A DNA stretch of 64,000 nt from Thermoplasmatota archaeon (lineage in GTDB: Archaea > Thermoplasmatota > JAKEGO01): the NCBI GenBank assembly GCA_028279595.1, contig JANQNK010000008.1, forward strand, positions 32,001 to 96,000, read 5' to 3'. Of the stretch, positions 18,427-28,565 are shown one piece after another; the first letter of the stretch is position 1, and each line of letters begins with the position of its first letter. Made by a program: the position numbers and the translations under genes. The notes under the pieces are model-generated. The model searched no databases. It saw nothing but the letters and a program-made list of their open reading frames with translations, and was not told the DNA's origin.

Positions 18427-19062
18427 TCACTTGAAGACCTCGCCGGCCTCCAGGTACCATAGGACGAGGTCCAGTTCGTCCATCGGGATCCCGATGCCGT
18501 CCGAGAACCCCGCCATCGCCTGTTCTATCTCGATATATCGTTTCGGGGTCGTCGACGATGGGACCTCATCCAACACACCGAGCTCGACGAGGTTCCCGAG
18601 GATGTGCCTGTCGAGGATCGCGAGGCGCTGACCGCGGCCGACGTTCCTCAGGAAGTGGCTCGCCTCCTTGTATCCGAGACCGTTGACGTTATCGACCAGC
18701 CATTCCCTTGCAGCGGCGGGAGGTCCATCGATATGCTTCCGAACCGCAAGGACGCCGTCCTCAGTGAACAGCTCGCGGGCTGTGACCACGCGCTTCGCCT
18801 TCGTGAACCTGAAACGCACCCGCCGTAATGGTTCGTGCAGCTCTTCCTCGGTGCACTGCTCGAGTAGGCCCAGGGATTCGATGTCGAGGAGAGCGTTCCA
18901 GCAGCTTCTCGCCTTCGACTGGGGCGTGAGCAGACAGAAGACGAGTTCCCTGAACAGGACCTCATCCGTGCCGTCGCGCCAGATGGCGTCGAACTCGGCC
19001 AGACGGTCCCGTACGTCGTGGATGATGGATTCATGGACCTTCTTCAATTCATTGACCGTCAA
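18427..19062 (-). CDS. ogg: 8-oxoguanine DNA glycosylase/AP lyase (archaeal Ogg2 type)
   Basis: ELVFCLLTPQS, GLGYKEASHFLRNVG, AILDRHIL, LDLVLWY. Confidence 0.93.
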   Translation of the reverse strand: MTVNELKKVHESIIHDVRDRLAEFDAIWRDGTDEVLFRELVFCLLTPQSKARSCWNALLDIESLGLLEQCTEEELHEPLRRVRFRFTKAKRVVTARELFTEDGVLAVRKHIDGPPAAAREWLVDNVNGLGYKEASHFLRNVGRGQRLAILDRHILGNLVELGVLDEVPSSTTPKRYIEIEQAMAGFSDGIGIPMDELDLVLWYLEAGEVFK

Positions 19063-19086
19063 TCCGTCCGTGGGACCATCTCCCCT

Positions 19087-19434
19087 TCAATCGTCCTTCA
19101 GGCCGTCCCATGCCTCGAATGCCCGTCTGAGATGCGGGATCGTAATCGAGCCTCCGACGACGAGGCCGATGGACATGGCCTCCTCGACCTCCGCGTCGGA
19201 GACGCCCTCCTCGTGACATCGGATCAGGTGGTATTCGATGCAGTCGTCGCAGCGTAGCACGAGGGACGCCACGAGCCCGAGCATCTCCTTCGTCGAGGCG
19301 GGAAGCGCGCCCTCACGATAGACCTGGCTGTCGAGTCCGTAGAAGCGTTTGATCCCCTGTCCCGCGTATTGCATCACAAGGTCGTTCAGCCTCTCCCTCT
19401 CGGCCTCGAAATCCCTGTCGTGATCGTGTGACAT
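19087..19434 (-). CDS. Carboxymuconolactone decarboxylase/AhpD-family protein
   Basis: KEMLGLVASLVLRCDDCIEYH, VGGSITIPHLRRA. Confidence 0.88.
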   Translation of the reverse strand: MSHDHDRDFEAERERLNDLVMQYAGQGIKRFYGLDSQVYREGALPASTKEMLGLVASLVLRCDDCIEYHLIRCHEEGVSDAEVEEAMSIGLVVGGSITIPHLRRAFEAWDGLKDD

Positions 19435-19490
19435 TCACATCTCCCCCGTCGGTGAAATGAATCGCCGCATAAAACATCTCGCCCGGGCCG

Positions 19491-21902
19491 TCACTTGGCC
19501 GGCTCCCATTTCCGAAGCAGGAGCGAGAGAGATATAACGCTGAACGAGCTGAGCGCCATGGCCATGGCCCCGAGCTCCGGTCTGAACGTCCATCCCGTGA
19601 CCGGGAACAGCATGCCGGCGGCCAGCGGTATCAGGGCGGTGTTGTAGGCGAAGGCCCAGAAGAGGTTCCCGCGTATACGCGACATGACCTTGCGTCCTAG
19701 CTGGACCGCTGCCGCGGTGTCGAGAGGATCATCGCCGACCAGGACGACCTCGCCGGCCTCGACTGCCACGTCGGTGCCGCTTCCGATGGCGATCCCCACA
19801 TCGGCCTGGGCCAGTGCGGGCGCATCGTTGATCCCGTCGCCGACGAACGCCACGACCTCTCCGCTCTCCTGCATCCTCCTGACGACGTCGGCCTTCCCTC
19901 CGGGGAGCACCCCCGCGTGGACGTTCTGGATACCTATCCGACGGGCGACCGCTCCGGCAGTATCGGGGTTGTCGCCGGTGACCATCGCAACATCGATGCC
20001 CATCCCCTTGAGAACCTTCACGGCCTTCCGCGACGTTCCCTTGACGGGGTCCGAGACCGCGATCAGTCCGACCACCTCGCTTCCGGAGGCGACCGCTATG
20101 ACCGTCTTCCCCGCCATCTCCATCTTCGCCATCCGGGCGGAGACCTTGCCGTCGATCGACACGGACCGCTCCTCCATCATCGACCTGTTGCCAACGGAGA
20201 CCACGTTCACGCCGACCGCGGCAGAGATGCCCTTGCCCTCGACCGTTTCGAATCCCGTGGCCTCCATGGCACTTGCGGCCTCTTCCTTGGCGGCATTGAC
20301 GACAGCCTCCGCGAGAGGGTGCTGGGACCCAGCCTCGACCGCTGCCGCCATCCCGAGGAGTTCCGGACGTTCGACGCCGTACGTAACGACGTCGGTAACC
20401 CTCGGTTCTCCCTCCGTAAGGGTGCCTGTCTTGTCGAAGAGGACGACGGAAATGTCATCGGCCCTCTCGAGGGCCTCCCCCTCCTTGATCAGGATCCCGA
20501 GCTCTGCTCCACGGCCGACCCCGACCGTTACGGCCGTCGGTGTCGCAAGTCCGAGAGCGCAGGGACAGGCGATGACGAGAACCGCTATTGCCGTCGTGAG
20601 TGCGAAGAGGAGGGTCGAGCCCCCAACGAGATACCATCCGAGGAATGCCACGATCGCTATGGTCAAGACCGCTGGTATGAAGACCGTCACGGCCCTGTCG
20701 GCCAGACGCTGTACTGGAGGCCTCGATCCCTGGGCCCTCTCGACCATCTCGATGATCCTGAACAGGGCGGTATCGCGTCCGACGGCGGTGGCCTCGAACC
20801 TGATCAGGCCGTTCCTCACGAGGGTTCCGCCGGTAACATCAGCGCCGACGTCCTTGACCACCGGCATCGGCTCTCCCGTCATCATGGACTCGTCGATCGT
20901 GCCGGAACCATCGATGACCTTGCCGTCCACCGGCACGCGGGATCCGGGCTTGACAACGACCGTATCCCCCTTCCTGACCTCGTCTACCGGCACCTCGACC
21001 TCCTGGCCGTCACGAAGGACGATGGCCACGTCGGGACGCAGGTCCATCAGCTTCCTGATCGCGTCGGAGGTCCGGCCCTTTGCCCGGGCCTCGAGGTACC
21101 GTCCGAGGGTGAGGAACGACGCCAGCATGAGTGCCGTGTCGTAGAACATGAAATGTGGTGTCAGGACGATGCGGAACGTACCCAGGACGGAGGAGCCGTA
21201 GGCCACTCCGATGCCCATGGCGTACATCACGTCCATGTCCAGATGTCGATTGCTGAGCGAACTGAAGGCGGCGGAGAAAATGGGATAGGCTAGATAGACG
21301 AAGAACGGGAGGGAGATGGCGAACATGAGGATGCCCATGGGGAGCGGGAGTTCCGGACGGAGGTGCATGACGGCCATCATAGGGATCGATACCGCGAAAC
21401 CCATGACTATCCGCCTGAACTTCGAGCGGAGGTCAGCACGGTGCTCCTCCTCGGCAGCGTCCCTGGCCTCACCCGCGAGGCCGAGGTACTTGAAGCCGAG
21501 GTCCTCGATGGCGGTCTTCATGTCGCCGAGGCTCGCGGACCTTGGATCGTACTCGATGGTGGCGGTCTCGGTCGCGAGGTTGACGTTCGCCTCGCTGATC
21601 CCGTCCACCTTGTGGAGCGCCTTCGTGACATTGGCCACGCAGGAGGCGCAGTGCATTCCTCCGATACGGATGTCAACGTGGTCGGAGACCACTCCGAAGC
21701 CGGCTTCCTCGACGGCCGTCTTCAGGTCGTCCGGGGAGACGTCGAGATGGCTAACGGTAGCGATCTCGGTCGCAAGGTTGACGTCTGCGGCCTCCACACC
21801 CTCTACGTTCCGCAACGCTTTCGCTACGTTCGAGGAACATGCGGCGCAGTGCATTCCCGATATGCGGAGCTCGGTGATGCTGGTCCCTTCGTCGTCCGCC
21901 AT
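19491..21902 (-). CDS. copA: Cu(I)-translocating P1B-ATPase with two HMA domains
   Basis: GMHCAAC / GMHCASC, TGE, CPC, DKTGT, GDGINDAP, YN...MALSS. Confidence 0.95.
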   Translation of the reverse strand: MADDEGTSITELRISGMHCAACSSNVAKALRNVEGVEAADVNLATEIATVSHLDVSPDDLKTAVEEAGFGVVSDHVDIRIGGMHCASCVANVTKALHKVDGISEANVNLATETATIEYDPRSASLGDMKTAIEDLGFKYLGLAGEARDAAEEEHRADLRSKFRRIVMGFAVSIPMMAVMHLRPELPLPMGILMFAISLPFFVYLAYPIFSAAFSSLSNRHLDMDVMYAMGIGVAYGSSVLGTFRIVLTPHFMFYDTALMLASFLTLGRYLEARAKGRTSDAIRKLMDLRPDVAIVLRDGQEVEVPVDEVRKGDTVVVKPGSRVPVDGKVIDGSGTIDESMMTGEPMPVVKDVGADVTGGTLVRNGLIRFEATAVGRDTALFRIIEMVERAQGSRPPVQRLADRAVTVFIPAVLTIAIVAFLGWYLVGGSTLLFALTTAIAVLVIACPCALGLATPTAVTVGVGRGAELGILIKEGEALERADDISVVLFDKTGTLTEGEPRVTDVVTYGVERPELLGMAAAVEAGSQHPLAEAVVNAAKEEAASAMEATGFETVEGKGISAAVGVNVVSVGNRSMMEERSVSIDGKVSARMAKMEMAGKTVIAVASGSEVVGLIAVSDPVKGTSRKAVKVLKGMGIDVAMVTGDNPDTAGAVARRIGIQNVHAGVLPGGKADVVRRMQESGEVVAFVGDGINDAPALAQADVGIAIGSGTDVAVEAGEVVLVGDDPLDTAAAVQLGRKVMSRIRGNLFWAFAYNTALIPLAAGMLFPVTGWTFRPELGAMAMALSSFSVISLSLLLRKWEPAK

Positions 21903-21986
21903 CGCTACCGATTATGCCTTGACACCCTTATAATGGCCTTTCCCTAAATTAGAGGTCAAGCGTTGGAGCGTCATTTCGAAGCGGGC

Positions 21987-23201
21987 TCAGAGCAGTCTCT
22001 TCTCGCCCTCGAGCTTCTGCAGCCTGGCGATGTCCTGTGAGGCCTCGAGGACGCCCAGGTACTTTCCGTCCTGGTCGTGGACTGCGAAGTACTGGATGAG
22101 GACCTTGCTGTCACCAAGGTCGATCCAGAACTCGGCCTCGGTCCTCGTGCCGTCACGCATCTCGTCCAGGATCTTCTGGACCATGTGCATGCTCTTCTGC
22201 GGATGGCAGCCCTGCACCGTCCGCCCGATGACCGACTTGGACCTCGGGAAGATCCTGTCCGGGGCGTCGTTGAAGTAGCGGACGTGGTCCTCGGCCCCGA
22301 CGAACGAGATATCGATGGGCAGCCTGTTCAGGATGGCCTCGAGTTCCACGAGTGTCAGTGTCCCCGTATCGAAGGCAACCTCGCCCTCGCCCATCTCCAC
22401 GCGGGCGGCCTCCTCGCCCTCGACGGGGTCCGGCGTGAATCCGCAGTAACCGAAGTCGTCGAACTCGCTCCTTATCTGCTTCCATTCGTCCCCCTCGATG
22501 ACCGTCAGGGCGGTCGGGAAGAGGATGTTGTTCTCCTTGTAGAAGTGGTTGACCATGAGCTCGTTGAGTTCCGAGCATACCCTCTCGAGCGACTCGGAGA
22601 AGTCGCGATGGCCCATCTTCTCCCTGTCCTCGAAGAGCGTGAAGAGGGCCTTCTTCCCCTCGCGTATCTGATCGTGGTCCATCCACATGATGGCGGGCGG
22701 ACCGGTGATCCCCTTCTTCTCCAGGGTGGGGAATAGGACGTTCTCCTCGCGGACGTAGTGGACCTCTGCGTCCCTGAGGTGCTGGACGATGTGCTCGGCC
22801 TTCTCGAGCGCCTCGGCGTCGGGTTCCGTCCCGCTGTTGCGAAGGACGTCGGCAGCGTCCTGGAGGGAGCACATGAACTCCTTGAACATGTCATGCTCGC
22901 GCATGAGGATCCCGATGGGATGGTCTAGGGGCGCCAGTGGTTCGCCCTTCTCGAGCTGCTCCTTGAACACCTCGATGTGGACGTCGCAGAGCCGGTGCAT
23001 CTCCTTCTTCTGCATGCCCTCCTGGAGAAGCTCCTCCTCGATCTTCGATATCTGATCGGGACCGACCTCGTCGAGGATGCCCTTGAACTCGGCCTTCAAC
23101 TCCTCCGGGTCGGCTCCCTCGTGCAGGCGTCTGATCATGTCCTTGAGTGCTTCCTTCCGATCGTCGTCCATCTCATCATCTCCATTATCAGTGATAGTCA
23201 T
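21987..23201 (-). CDS. DUF438 + hemerythrin + PAS domain protein
   Basis: RLCDVH; HPIGILMREH; HYVREENVLFP; MWMDHD; HFYKENNILFP; GRTVQGCHP. Confidence 0.85.
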   Translation of the reverse strand: MTITDNGDDEMDDDRKEALKDMIRRLHEGADPEELKAEFKGILDEVGPDQISKIEEELLQEGMQKKEMHRLCDVHIEVFKEQLEKGEPLAPLDHPIGILMREHDMFKEFMCSLQDAADVLRNSGTEPDAEALEKAEHIVQHLRDAEVHYVREENVLFPTLEKKGITGPPAIMWMDHDQIREGKKALFTLFEDREKMGHRDFSESLERVCSELNELMVNHFYKENNILFPTALTVIEGDEWKQIRSEFDDFGYCGFTPDPVEGEEAARVEMGEGEVAFDTGTLTLVELEAILNRLPIDISFVGAEDHVRYFNDAPDRIFPRSKSVIGRTVQGCHPQKSMHMVQKILDEMRDGTRTEAEFWIDLGDSKVLIQYFAVHDQDGKYLGVLEASQDIARLQKLEGEKRLL

Positions 23202-23214
23202 CTACTAGGTCCCA

Positions 23215-23571
23215 TCACCGTGATCTTATCATCACGAGGAGCATCTTGAAGGGTTCGGGCGCGTGCAGCGAGTGCGGCACGTTCGCGGGCATTATGATGA
23301 ACTCGCCCGCCTTGACGTGGTGCGCCTCGCCGTCGATCATGACGTGGGCCAGGCCATCGAGGATCTGCACGTAGGCGTCGAACGGCGCAGTATGCTCGCT
23401 CAGTCCCTGGCCGGCTCCGAAGGCGAAGACGGTGATCGTCCCTACGTCCCTGTCGACGAGCGTCCGGCTGACCACGGACCCCTCCTGGACAGCTATCATT
23501 CCGGCGAGGTCGAGCGCCACGGCGGCGTCGACCTTCCTGCCCTCGTCACCAGACGAACCTTCCATTGTCAC
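23215..23571 (-). CDS. Cupin domain protein
   Basis: GQGLSEHTAPFDA; MPANVPHSL. Confidence 0.9.
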   Translation of the reverse strand: MTMEGSSGDEGRKVDAAVALDLAGMIAVQEGSVVSRTLVDRDVGTITVFAFGAGQGLSEHTAPFDAYVQILDGLAHVMIDGEAHHVKAGEFIIMPANVPHSLHAPEPFKMLLVMIRSR

Positions 23572-23787
23572 AGCTCCGGCTGAAGATTCGACCTTGGGGT
23601 TATATCCTTTTCCCTAACTGATTCCCTGATAGAGTGTACTGGTGATGCGCGTTGATGTCCTACCGGATCGACATCGAGCGCGTCCTTCCATGAATTATCG
23701 TGAAGGGATCAGGTGAAGGACCAAGGCTCGTCACTTCCGCACCGGTCCCCGGGAAAGATATATTACCACTCGCGCCGGTCAGGGAGC

Positions 23788-24531
23788 ATGACCGGTCTCA
23801 GGGACGTCCTTCTCAAGAGGATGACTCCAGAGGAGTTGGACCAGAGGGTCGAAGGCGTCCGTAACGAGTTCGCGGGCCTCATCGACGAGGAGGCGGCGAC
23901 CTACATCATCGCCGGGGACAGGGGAGACCTGAAGGGCGCCCTGGTGCCGATATCCCAACTCGAGGATGGGATGTGGGCCAGCATATCCGGGAACGTCCTC
24001 TCGACCGGTTCCTCGAGTGGCGGCAAGGACGTCGCATGGGCCGTCGTCGGGGACGGGTCCGCGAGGATAAGATGCGTGTTCTGGAGGCGGGAGCACATCG
24101 AGATGGTCCGATCCAAGACCCTGGTCGAGGGTGCCACCGTCCGGCTCATCAACGGCCGGGTCAGACCGGGGCAGGACCTGGAGTTCCACATCGATTCGAA
24201 GGGCGTCATCGAGATACTTGGGGACGACCTCGTGGAGATATCTTCCATTTCCGTCGGCGACGTCGTGAGCATCAAGGGGGTCGTCAGCGACGCCGCGCCG
24301 ACAAGGGAGTTCAACCGCCGGGACGGTAGCGTCGGGAGGGTCGCCTCCATGACGCTGTTCGACGGGTCCGGGGATGTAAGGGCCGTTTTCTGGGACGACG
24401 ACGCTTCCCGCTGCTCCGATGTCCTCGTTGGCGACGAGGTCTCGCTCCGCGGCGGACTGGTCAAGGAGCGCAACGGCCTCCTCGAGGTCCACGCCTCCCG
24501 GGGGACCCGGATCGAGGTCAAGAGGGGCTGA
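23788..24531 (+). CDS. Replication protein A-like single-stranded DNA-binding protein (2 OB folds)
   Basis: GDGSARIRCVFW; REFNRRDGSVGRVASMTLFDGSGDVRAVFW; start probably ATG 23788. Confidence 0.8.
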   Translation: MTGLRDVLLKRMTPEELDQRVEGVRNEFAGLIDEEAATYIIAGDRGDLKGALVPISQLEDGMWASISGNVLSTGSSSGGKDVAWAVVGDGSARIRCVFWRREHIEMVRSKTLVEGATVRLINGRVRPGQDLEFHIDSKGVIEILGDDLVEISSISVGDVVSIKGVVSDAAPTREFNRRDGSVGRVASMTLFDGSGDVRAVFWDDDASRCSDVLVGDEVSLRGGLVKERNGLLEVHASRGTRIEVKRG

Positions 24532-24580
24532 CCGGAAGCGATAAATGGTGCCCGGCGATTCCAACCGTTGAGGGGAGCCG

Positions 24581-25174
24581 ATGGATACCAGGATGACCAT
24601 GCAGACCGGGACGATGGTACTGATCTTCGCGTTGATGGCGATCATAGCATCCGGAATACTGGCGGTAGCAGCCCACCAGAGGGCGGCCGACCACTACGTG
24701 GATGGCGAGGAGATGATGGAGGGCTTCCCATCCAGTGCGGAGGTCAAGGCCTGGAACGAGGAGATGGACGGGATCTACGACGCCATCGCCCTCGCCGGTC
24801 TTCTCCTGATGACGGGAATTGCCCTCGGATTCCTCGGGAGCGTGCTCGTGATACTTTCCGCAGCAATGATGTCCGGGACCGAGGATTCGGCATCCATCAT
24901 GAAGGGCATCACTGGCACGCTGATGATGTTCGTGGTAATAGGCACTGTACTTACGATTGCGGGCCAGGGGATGATCTACGGCGCCGCCGTCGATGACGTC
25001 GATGGTTTCGACGGTGAGGAGCTCGCCGCCCGCGAGAGGACCTTCGGACAGGGAAGCATCATGACGGCCCTCGGACTGACGCTGCTGCTCTTCACGATGC
25101 TGTCCCTGGGTTTCACACTTGACCGTTGGATGGACCATAATGATGGGGAATGGCCGAGATCGCCCTATCCCTGA
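24581..25174 (+). CDS. Hypothetical membrane protein (~4 TM)
   Basis: Four hydrophobic segments with acidic loops. Confidence 0.65.
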   Translation: MDTRMTMQTGTMVLIFALMAIIASGILAVAAHQRAADHYVDGEEMMEGFPSSAEVKAWNEEMDGIYDAIALAGLLLMTGIALGFLGSVLVILSAAMMSGTEDSASIMKGITGTLMMFVVIGTVLTIAGQGMIYGAAVDDVDGFDGEELAARERTFGQGSIMTALGLTLLLFTMLSLGFTLDRWMDHNDGEWPRSPYP

Positions 25175-25558
25175 TCAAAGGTCGTCGGGGCGAAGGACCG
25201 AGGACCTCTTCGATGCCCAGATCCCAACGAGGAACACGACCAGAATTATCTGCACGGCGGCAACGATTATGCTCGGTATCATACCGGGATGGTCCTCGGC
25301 CAGTTCTACGAATCCAGGTCCCACCAGTCCGAGGAACAGGAGGAAGTACAGCAGGAACCCGATGGAGCCGGTCTGAAGGGACTTCAGGGCTGCACGTTCA
25401 CGGTCGTCGGGGTATTTCGAACCGACATAGTATCCTGCCATTATGATGCACAGAAGGGCGATGATCGGATGGATCAGGGAACCTAGGAGTATCAGCAGCG
25501 AGCCCTTCCACCATGCCGGCATCGCCTCGATGGCCCTCAAGGTCCACAGTCTCCTCAA
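25175..25558 (-). CDS. Hypothetical membrane protein
   Basis: 3-4 hydrophobic segments. Confidence 0.6.
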   Translation of the reverse strand: MRRLWTLRAIEAMPAWWKGSLLILLGSLIHPIIALLCIIMAGYYVGSKYPDDRERAALKSLQTGSIGFLLYFLLFLGLVGPGFVELAEDHPGMIPSIIVAAVQIILVVFLVGIWASKRSSVLRPDDL

Positions 25559-25627
25559 TCTATCACTTCCGTGGTATCCCGGTAACCTGTATAATAATGT
25601 TCAGTAACTGGGGGAGTCTCAGCCTGA

Positions 25628-26137
25628 TCATCGACGTCTCCGGAACGACAAGGCAGTGACAGCTAAAAGCGCAGCGACAACGAGGCCCGCTCCGAACCCC
25701 GGGGTCTCGTTCCCGTCGTCCTTCTTCGGCGGCGGCGCTGCGCCCTCGAGGACTGTGAGGTCCAGCTCCCTGCTCACCTTCATGTGGGTGGCGTTCTCAG
25801 TGTAGTCGACCGTGATGTTGAAGCCGACGTATCCCGGCGGGAACTTGTGCGCCATGAAGGTGTACGTGAATGTCCCCGAATGATTGACCATCGAGATCGG
25901 GATCGAACAGACCGTGTCGGTGCAGTAGGTTATCTTGACCCCAGTGACGTTCTCGAGGTTCTGCACGGTCGCGTTTATCGTGATGTCCTGGTCGGACCTC
26001 GGCTCCGCCGGAAGCGCCGAGATCGACACTATCTCCGGAGCGGCCTCAACGCTGGTCGGAACGAGCGCAAGGACCACTGTTAGGACCATCAGGAAGCCGA
26101 CGATGCGGCCGTGGGTGGATGCCATCATCTCATTCAT
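25628..26137 (-). CDS. Small secreted Ig-like protein with PGF-CTERM sorting signal
   Basis: Signal peptide; several N-x-S/T sequons; ETPGFGAGLVVAALLAVTALSFRRRR. Confidence 0.8.
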   Translation of the reverse strand: MNEMMASTHGRIVGFLMVLTVVLALVPTSVEAAPEIVSISALPAEPRSDQDITINATVQNLENVTGVKITYCTDTVCSIPISMVNHSGTFTYTFMAHKFPPGYVGFNITVDYTENATHMKVSRELDLTVLEGAAPPPKKDDGNETPGFGAGLVVAALLAVTALSFRRRR

Positions 26138-27153
26138 TGAAGAAGCTCCTTGTTAAATCCCTCGCCGAAAATCGAGTAACCTGCGTCCAACGCGGCACGC
26201 CTGACCTCGGGATCGGGGAATGAGGAGGCCTCCGAGATGGCCCATCTGGAGAACTCGTTGGTCAGGTCGTCGCCGAACCCCTGGACAAGGGTCATGGCGG
26301 CCGTCATCTTCGACGGTGCGCCGAGATGCGACGGGTCGGCCCCGAGGTAATCACGTATCATCCTCTCCTTGTCCGGGGTGTTCTCCCTCAGCCATGGAAG
26401 CACGACCGCGCTTATGTCACCGTGGATCTCCGAGGGGACGTCGATGGTCCGGGAATCGATGAGGTCGACCTCGCGCAGCCTGTCGGCCCAGAACCTCTGG
26501 GTGTAGGAGCCGTCGATGACCGACGCCGAGAACCGCCTCTTCTCCTTGGTCGGAACGGTCCTGGAGCGGAGGTAGGAACCGACCAGCTGCCCGGAGATCC
26601 CCCACGATGGCTCTGCCGTGCTGAGCATAACGCCGAGCATCACGCTGGCCCCCGGACCCTTGGCCGCCCTCGATGCCACGACCGAGTCGAACAGGGAGAC
26701 GAAATGATTGGGGTCCGATGCGACGAGGACCTCGGGATGGAGGTCGTAGGCGATGAGGACCATCTCGAGAAGCTCCCTGTCAGGGCCCCTGAGTCTCACG
26801 ACATGGTGGAAAAGGGTAATCATGAACGCGGGGAATGCGTCCTCGGCGTACTCCTCCAGGTCGATGTTCCCGAAGGCGTCGAGGATTATCCTGTCGACGA
26901 CCACCTGGTCGAGCCCGGGATCGTTCAGTGCCTCCCTGACCAGATAGCCCGTGATGAAGGGCCTCTCCAGCCGGAGCTTGACATCCAGATCGTCTATGTC
27001 CATGTCCCCGAGGTTGGGGTCCGTGTCCGTAAGGTATGCCCTGACCGCTGCATAGGCCAGTGGTTCGAGCTCGTCGGCCTGCTCCGGGGACAGTCCGAGC
27101 CTCCTCCTCAGGTAGTTCACGACCATTACGATGTCTCCGCGTTCGTTGGACAT
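26134..27153 (-). CDS. Hypothetical protein (helical)
   Basis: 339-aa ORF with typical composition; stop overlaps the next start; no motif recognised. Confidence 0.65.
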   Translation of the reverse strand: MSNERGDIVMVVNYLRRRLGLSPEQADELEPLAYAAVRAYLTDTDPNLGDMDIDDLDVKLRLERPFITGYLVREALNDPGLDQVVVDRIILDAFGNIDLEEYAEDAFPAFMITLFHHVVRLRGPDRELLEMVLIAYDLHPEVLVASDPNHFVSLFDSVVASRAAKGPGASVMLGVMLSTAEPSWGISGQLVGSYLRSRTVPTKEKRRFSASVIDGSYTQRFWADRLREVDLIDSRTIDVPSEIHGDISAVVLPWLRENTPDKERMIRDYLGADPSHLGAPSKMTAAMTLVQGFGDDLTNEFSRWAISEASSFPDPEVRRAALDAGYSIFGEGFNKELLQ

Positions 27154-27242
27154 TCGTACGTTCCAGTTCTATAATAGTGTTTCTGGAGCACGAAGTGGAG
27201 TAATGTGAAATGGGCTGGTCGTCGGACCCTTCCCTGATCCGT

Positions 27243-28565
27243 TCAGAGGCCCTTCTCTGCCAGGAACCCGCCGATGACCTCGTCGAGCTTCGGCCTGCCG
27301 ATCTCCTCGAGGTCGTACCTGACCCTGAGCATCACCTTGTCCGGCTTGATTATCCTGTTGAGGTCTATCGGGGTCCCACTGACCACGACCTCCGCGTCAG
27401 AGCGGTTGATGGTCTCCTGGAGGTCGGCCACCTGCTGCGGGCTGTAGCCCATGGCCGGCAATGTGTACTCGAGGTGGGGGAACTTCTCGTACGTCTCCAG
27501 GATCGTTCCGACGGCGAACTCCTTCGGCCTCACGAACTCGCTCGCCCCGAACCTGTCACCGGCAATGAATGCAGCTCCGTACGGCATGCCGCCGTGGGTG
27601 GTCGTCGGGCCGTCCTCGATCAGCAAAGCCCGCTTCCCGCGGATCATCTCCGGGTTGTCGACAGTTATTGGTGACGCCGCCTCGACGATGATGGCGTCGG
27701 GATTGACGGCCCTGACGTTCTGCCTCAGGACCCTGACGTCGTCGAGGTCGGCCGTGTCGACCTTGTTGATGAGGATGACGTCCGCGAGAAGGACGTTCTC
27801 GTGGCTGGGATAGTATATCGTCTCGTCGCCCGACCTGTGGGGGTCGGTCACCGTGATGTACAGATCGGCCTTGTAGAACGAGGCGTCGTTGTTTCCGCCG
27901 TCCCAGATCACCACGTCGGCCTCCGCCTCGGCCTGTCTGAGGATGGCCTCGTAGTCTACGCCGGCGAAGACTATCGACCCCGCGTCGATGTGGGGTTCGT
28001 ACTCCTCGCGCTCCTCGATGGTGCACTTGTGAGTATCGAGGTCATCGTACGTGGCGAACCTCTGGACGGCCTGTGCCTCGAGGTCCCCGTAGGGCATCGG
28101 ATGCCTGATGACGGCGACCTTCTTGCCGTTCGCTGCGAGTATCTGCGCGACCCGTCTCGTGGTCTGGCTCTTTCCGCAGCCCGTCCTCGTCGCGCATATT
28201 GCGATGAGCGGCCTGGACGAGGAGATCATCGTCCCCGACCTGATGAGCTCGAAGTCGGCACCGGCAGCGTTCACGAGGGCGGCCTTCTCCATCACGTACT
28301 GGTTGGTGACATCGCTGTAGGAGAAGACGACCTTCGTCACCCCGTGCTTTCCGATGAGCTCCACGAGGTTGTCCTCGGGATATATCGGGATGCCGTCTGG
28401 GTAATTGGGCCCCGACAGGGCCGGCGGATATTTCCTTCCGGCGATGTCCGGGATCTGGGTCGCAGTGAATGCGACCACATTGACGGTCTGATCGTTCCTG
28501 AACCTGGTGTTGAAGTTGTGGAAATCGCGGCCTGCCGCGCCCATTATTATGACGTTCTCTACCAT
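27243..28565 (-). CDS. COG2403 P-loop ligase (annotated as cyclic 2,3-diphosphoglycerate synthetase/GTPase; arginine synthetase ArcE-like)
   Basis: IIMGAAGRDFHNFN, AFTATQIP, TRTGCGKSQT, RHPMPYG, TIEEREEYE, WDGGNND, EDGPTTTHG. Confidence 0.8.
   Translation of the reverse strand: MVENVIIMGAAGRDFHNFNTRFRNDQTVNVVAFTATQIPDIAGRKYPPALSGPNYPDGIPIYPEDNLVELIGKHGVTKVVFSYSDVTNQYVMEKAALVNAAGADFELIRSGTMISSSRPLIAICATRTGCGKSQTTRRVAQILAANGKKVAVIRHPMPYGDLEAQAVQRFATYDDLDTHKCTIEEREEYEPHIDAGSIVFAGVDYEAILRQAEAEADVVIWDGGNNDASFYKADLYITVTDPHRSGDETIYYPSHENVLLADVILINKVDTADLDDVRVLRQNVRAVNPDAIIVEAASPITVDNPEMIRGKRALLIEDGPTTTHGGMPYGAAFIAGDRFGASEFVRPKEFAVGTILETYEKFPHLEYTLPAMGYSPQQVADLQETINRSDAEVVVSGTPIDLNRIIKPDKVMLRVRYDLEEIGRPKLDEVIGGFLAEKGL

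Noticed and set aside
19684-21293. Long antisense or alternate-frame ORFs (e.g. 19684-21144, 19917-21293, 35892-37280, 38623-40095)
   Set aside because: Shadow ORFs of real genes in high-GC DNA, with no motifs and biased composition
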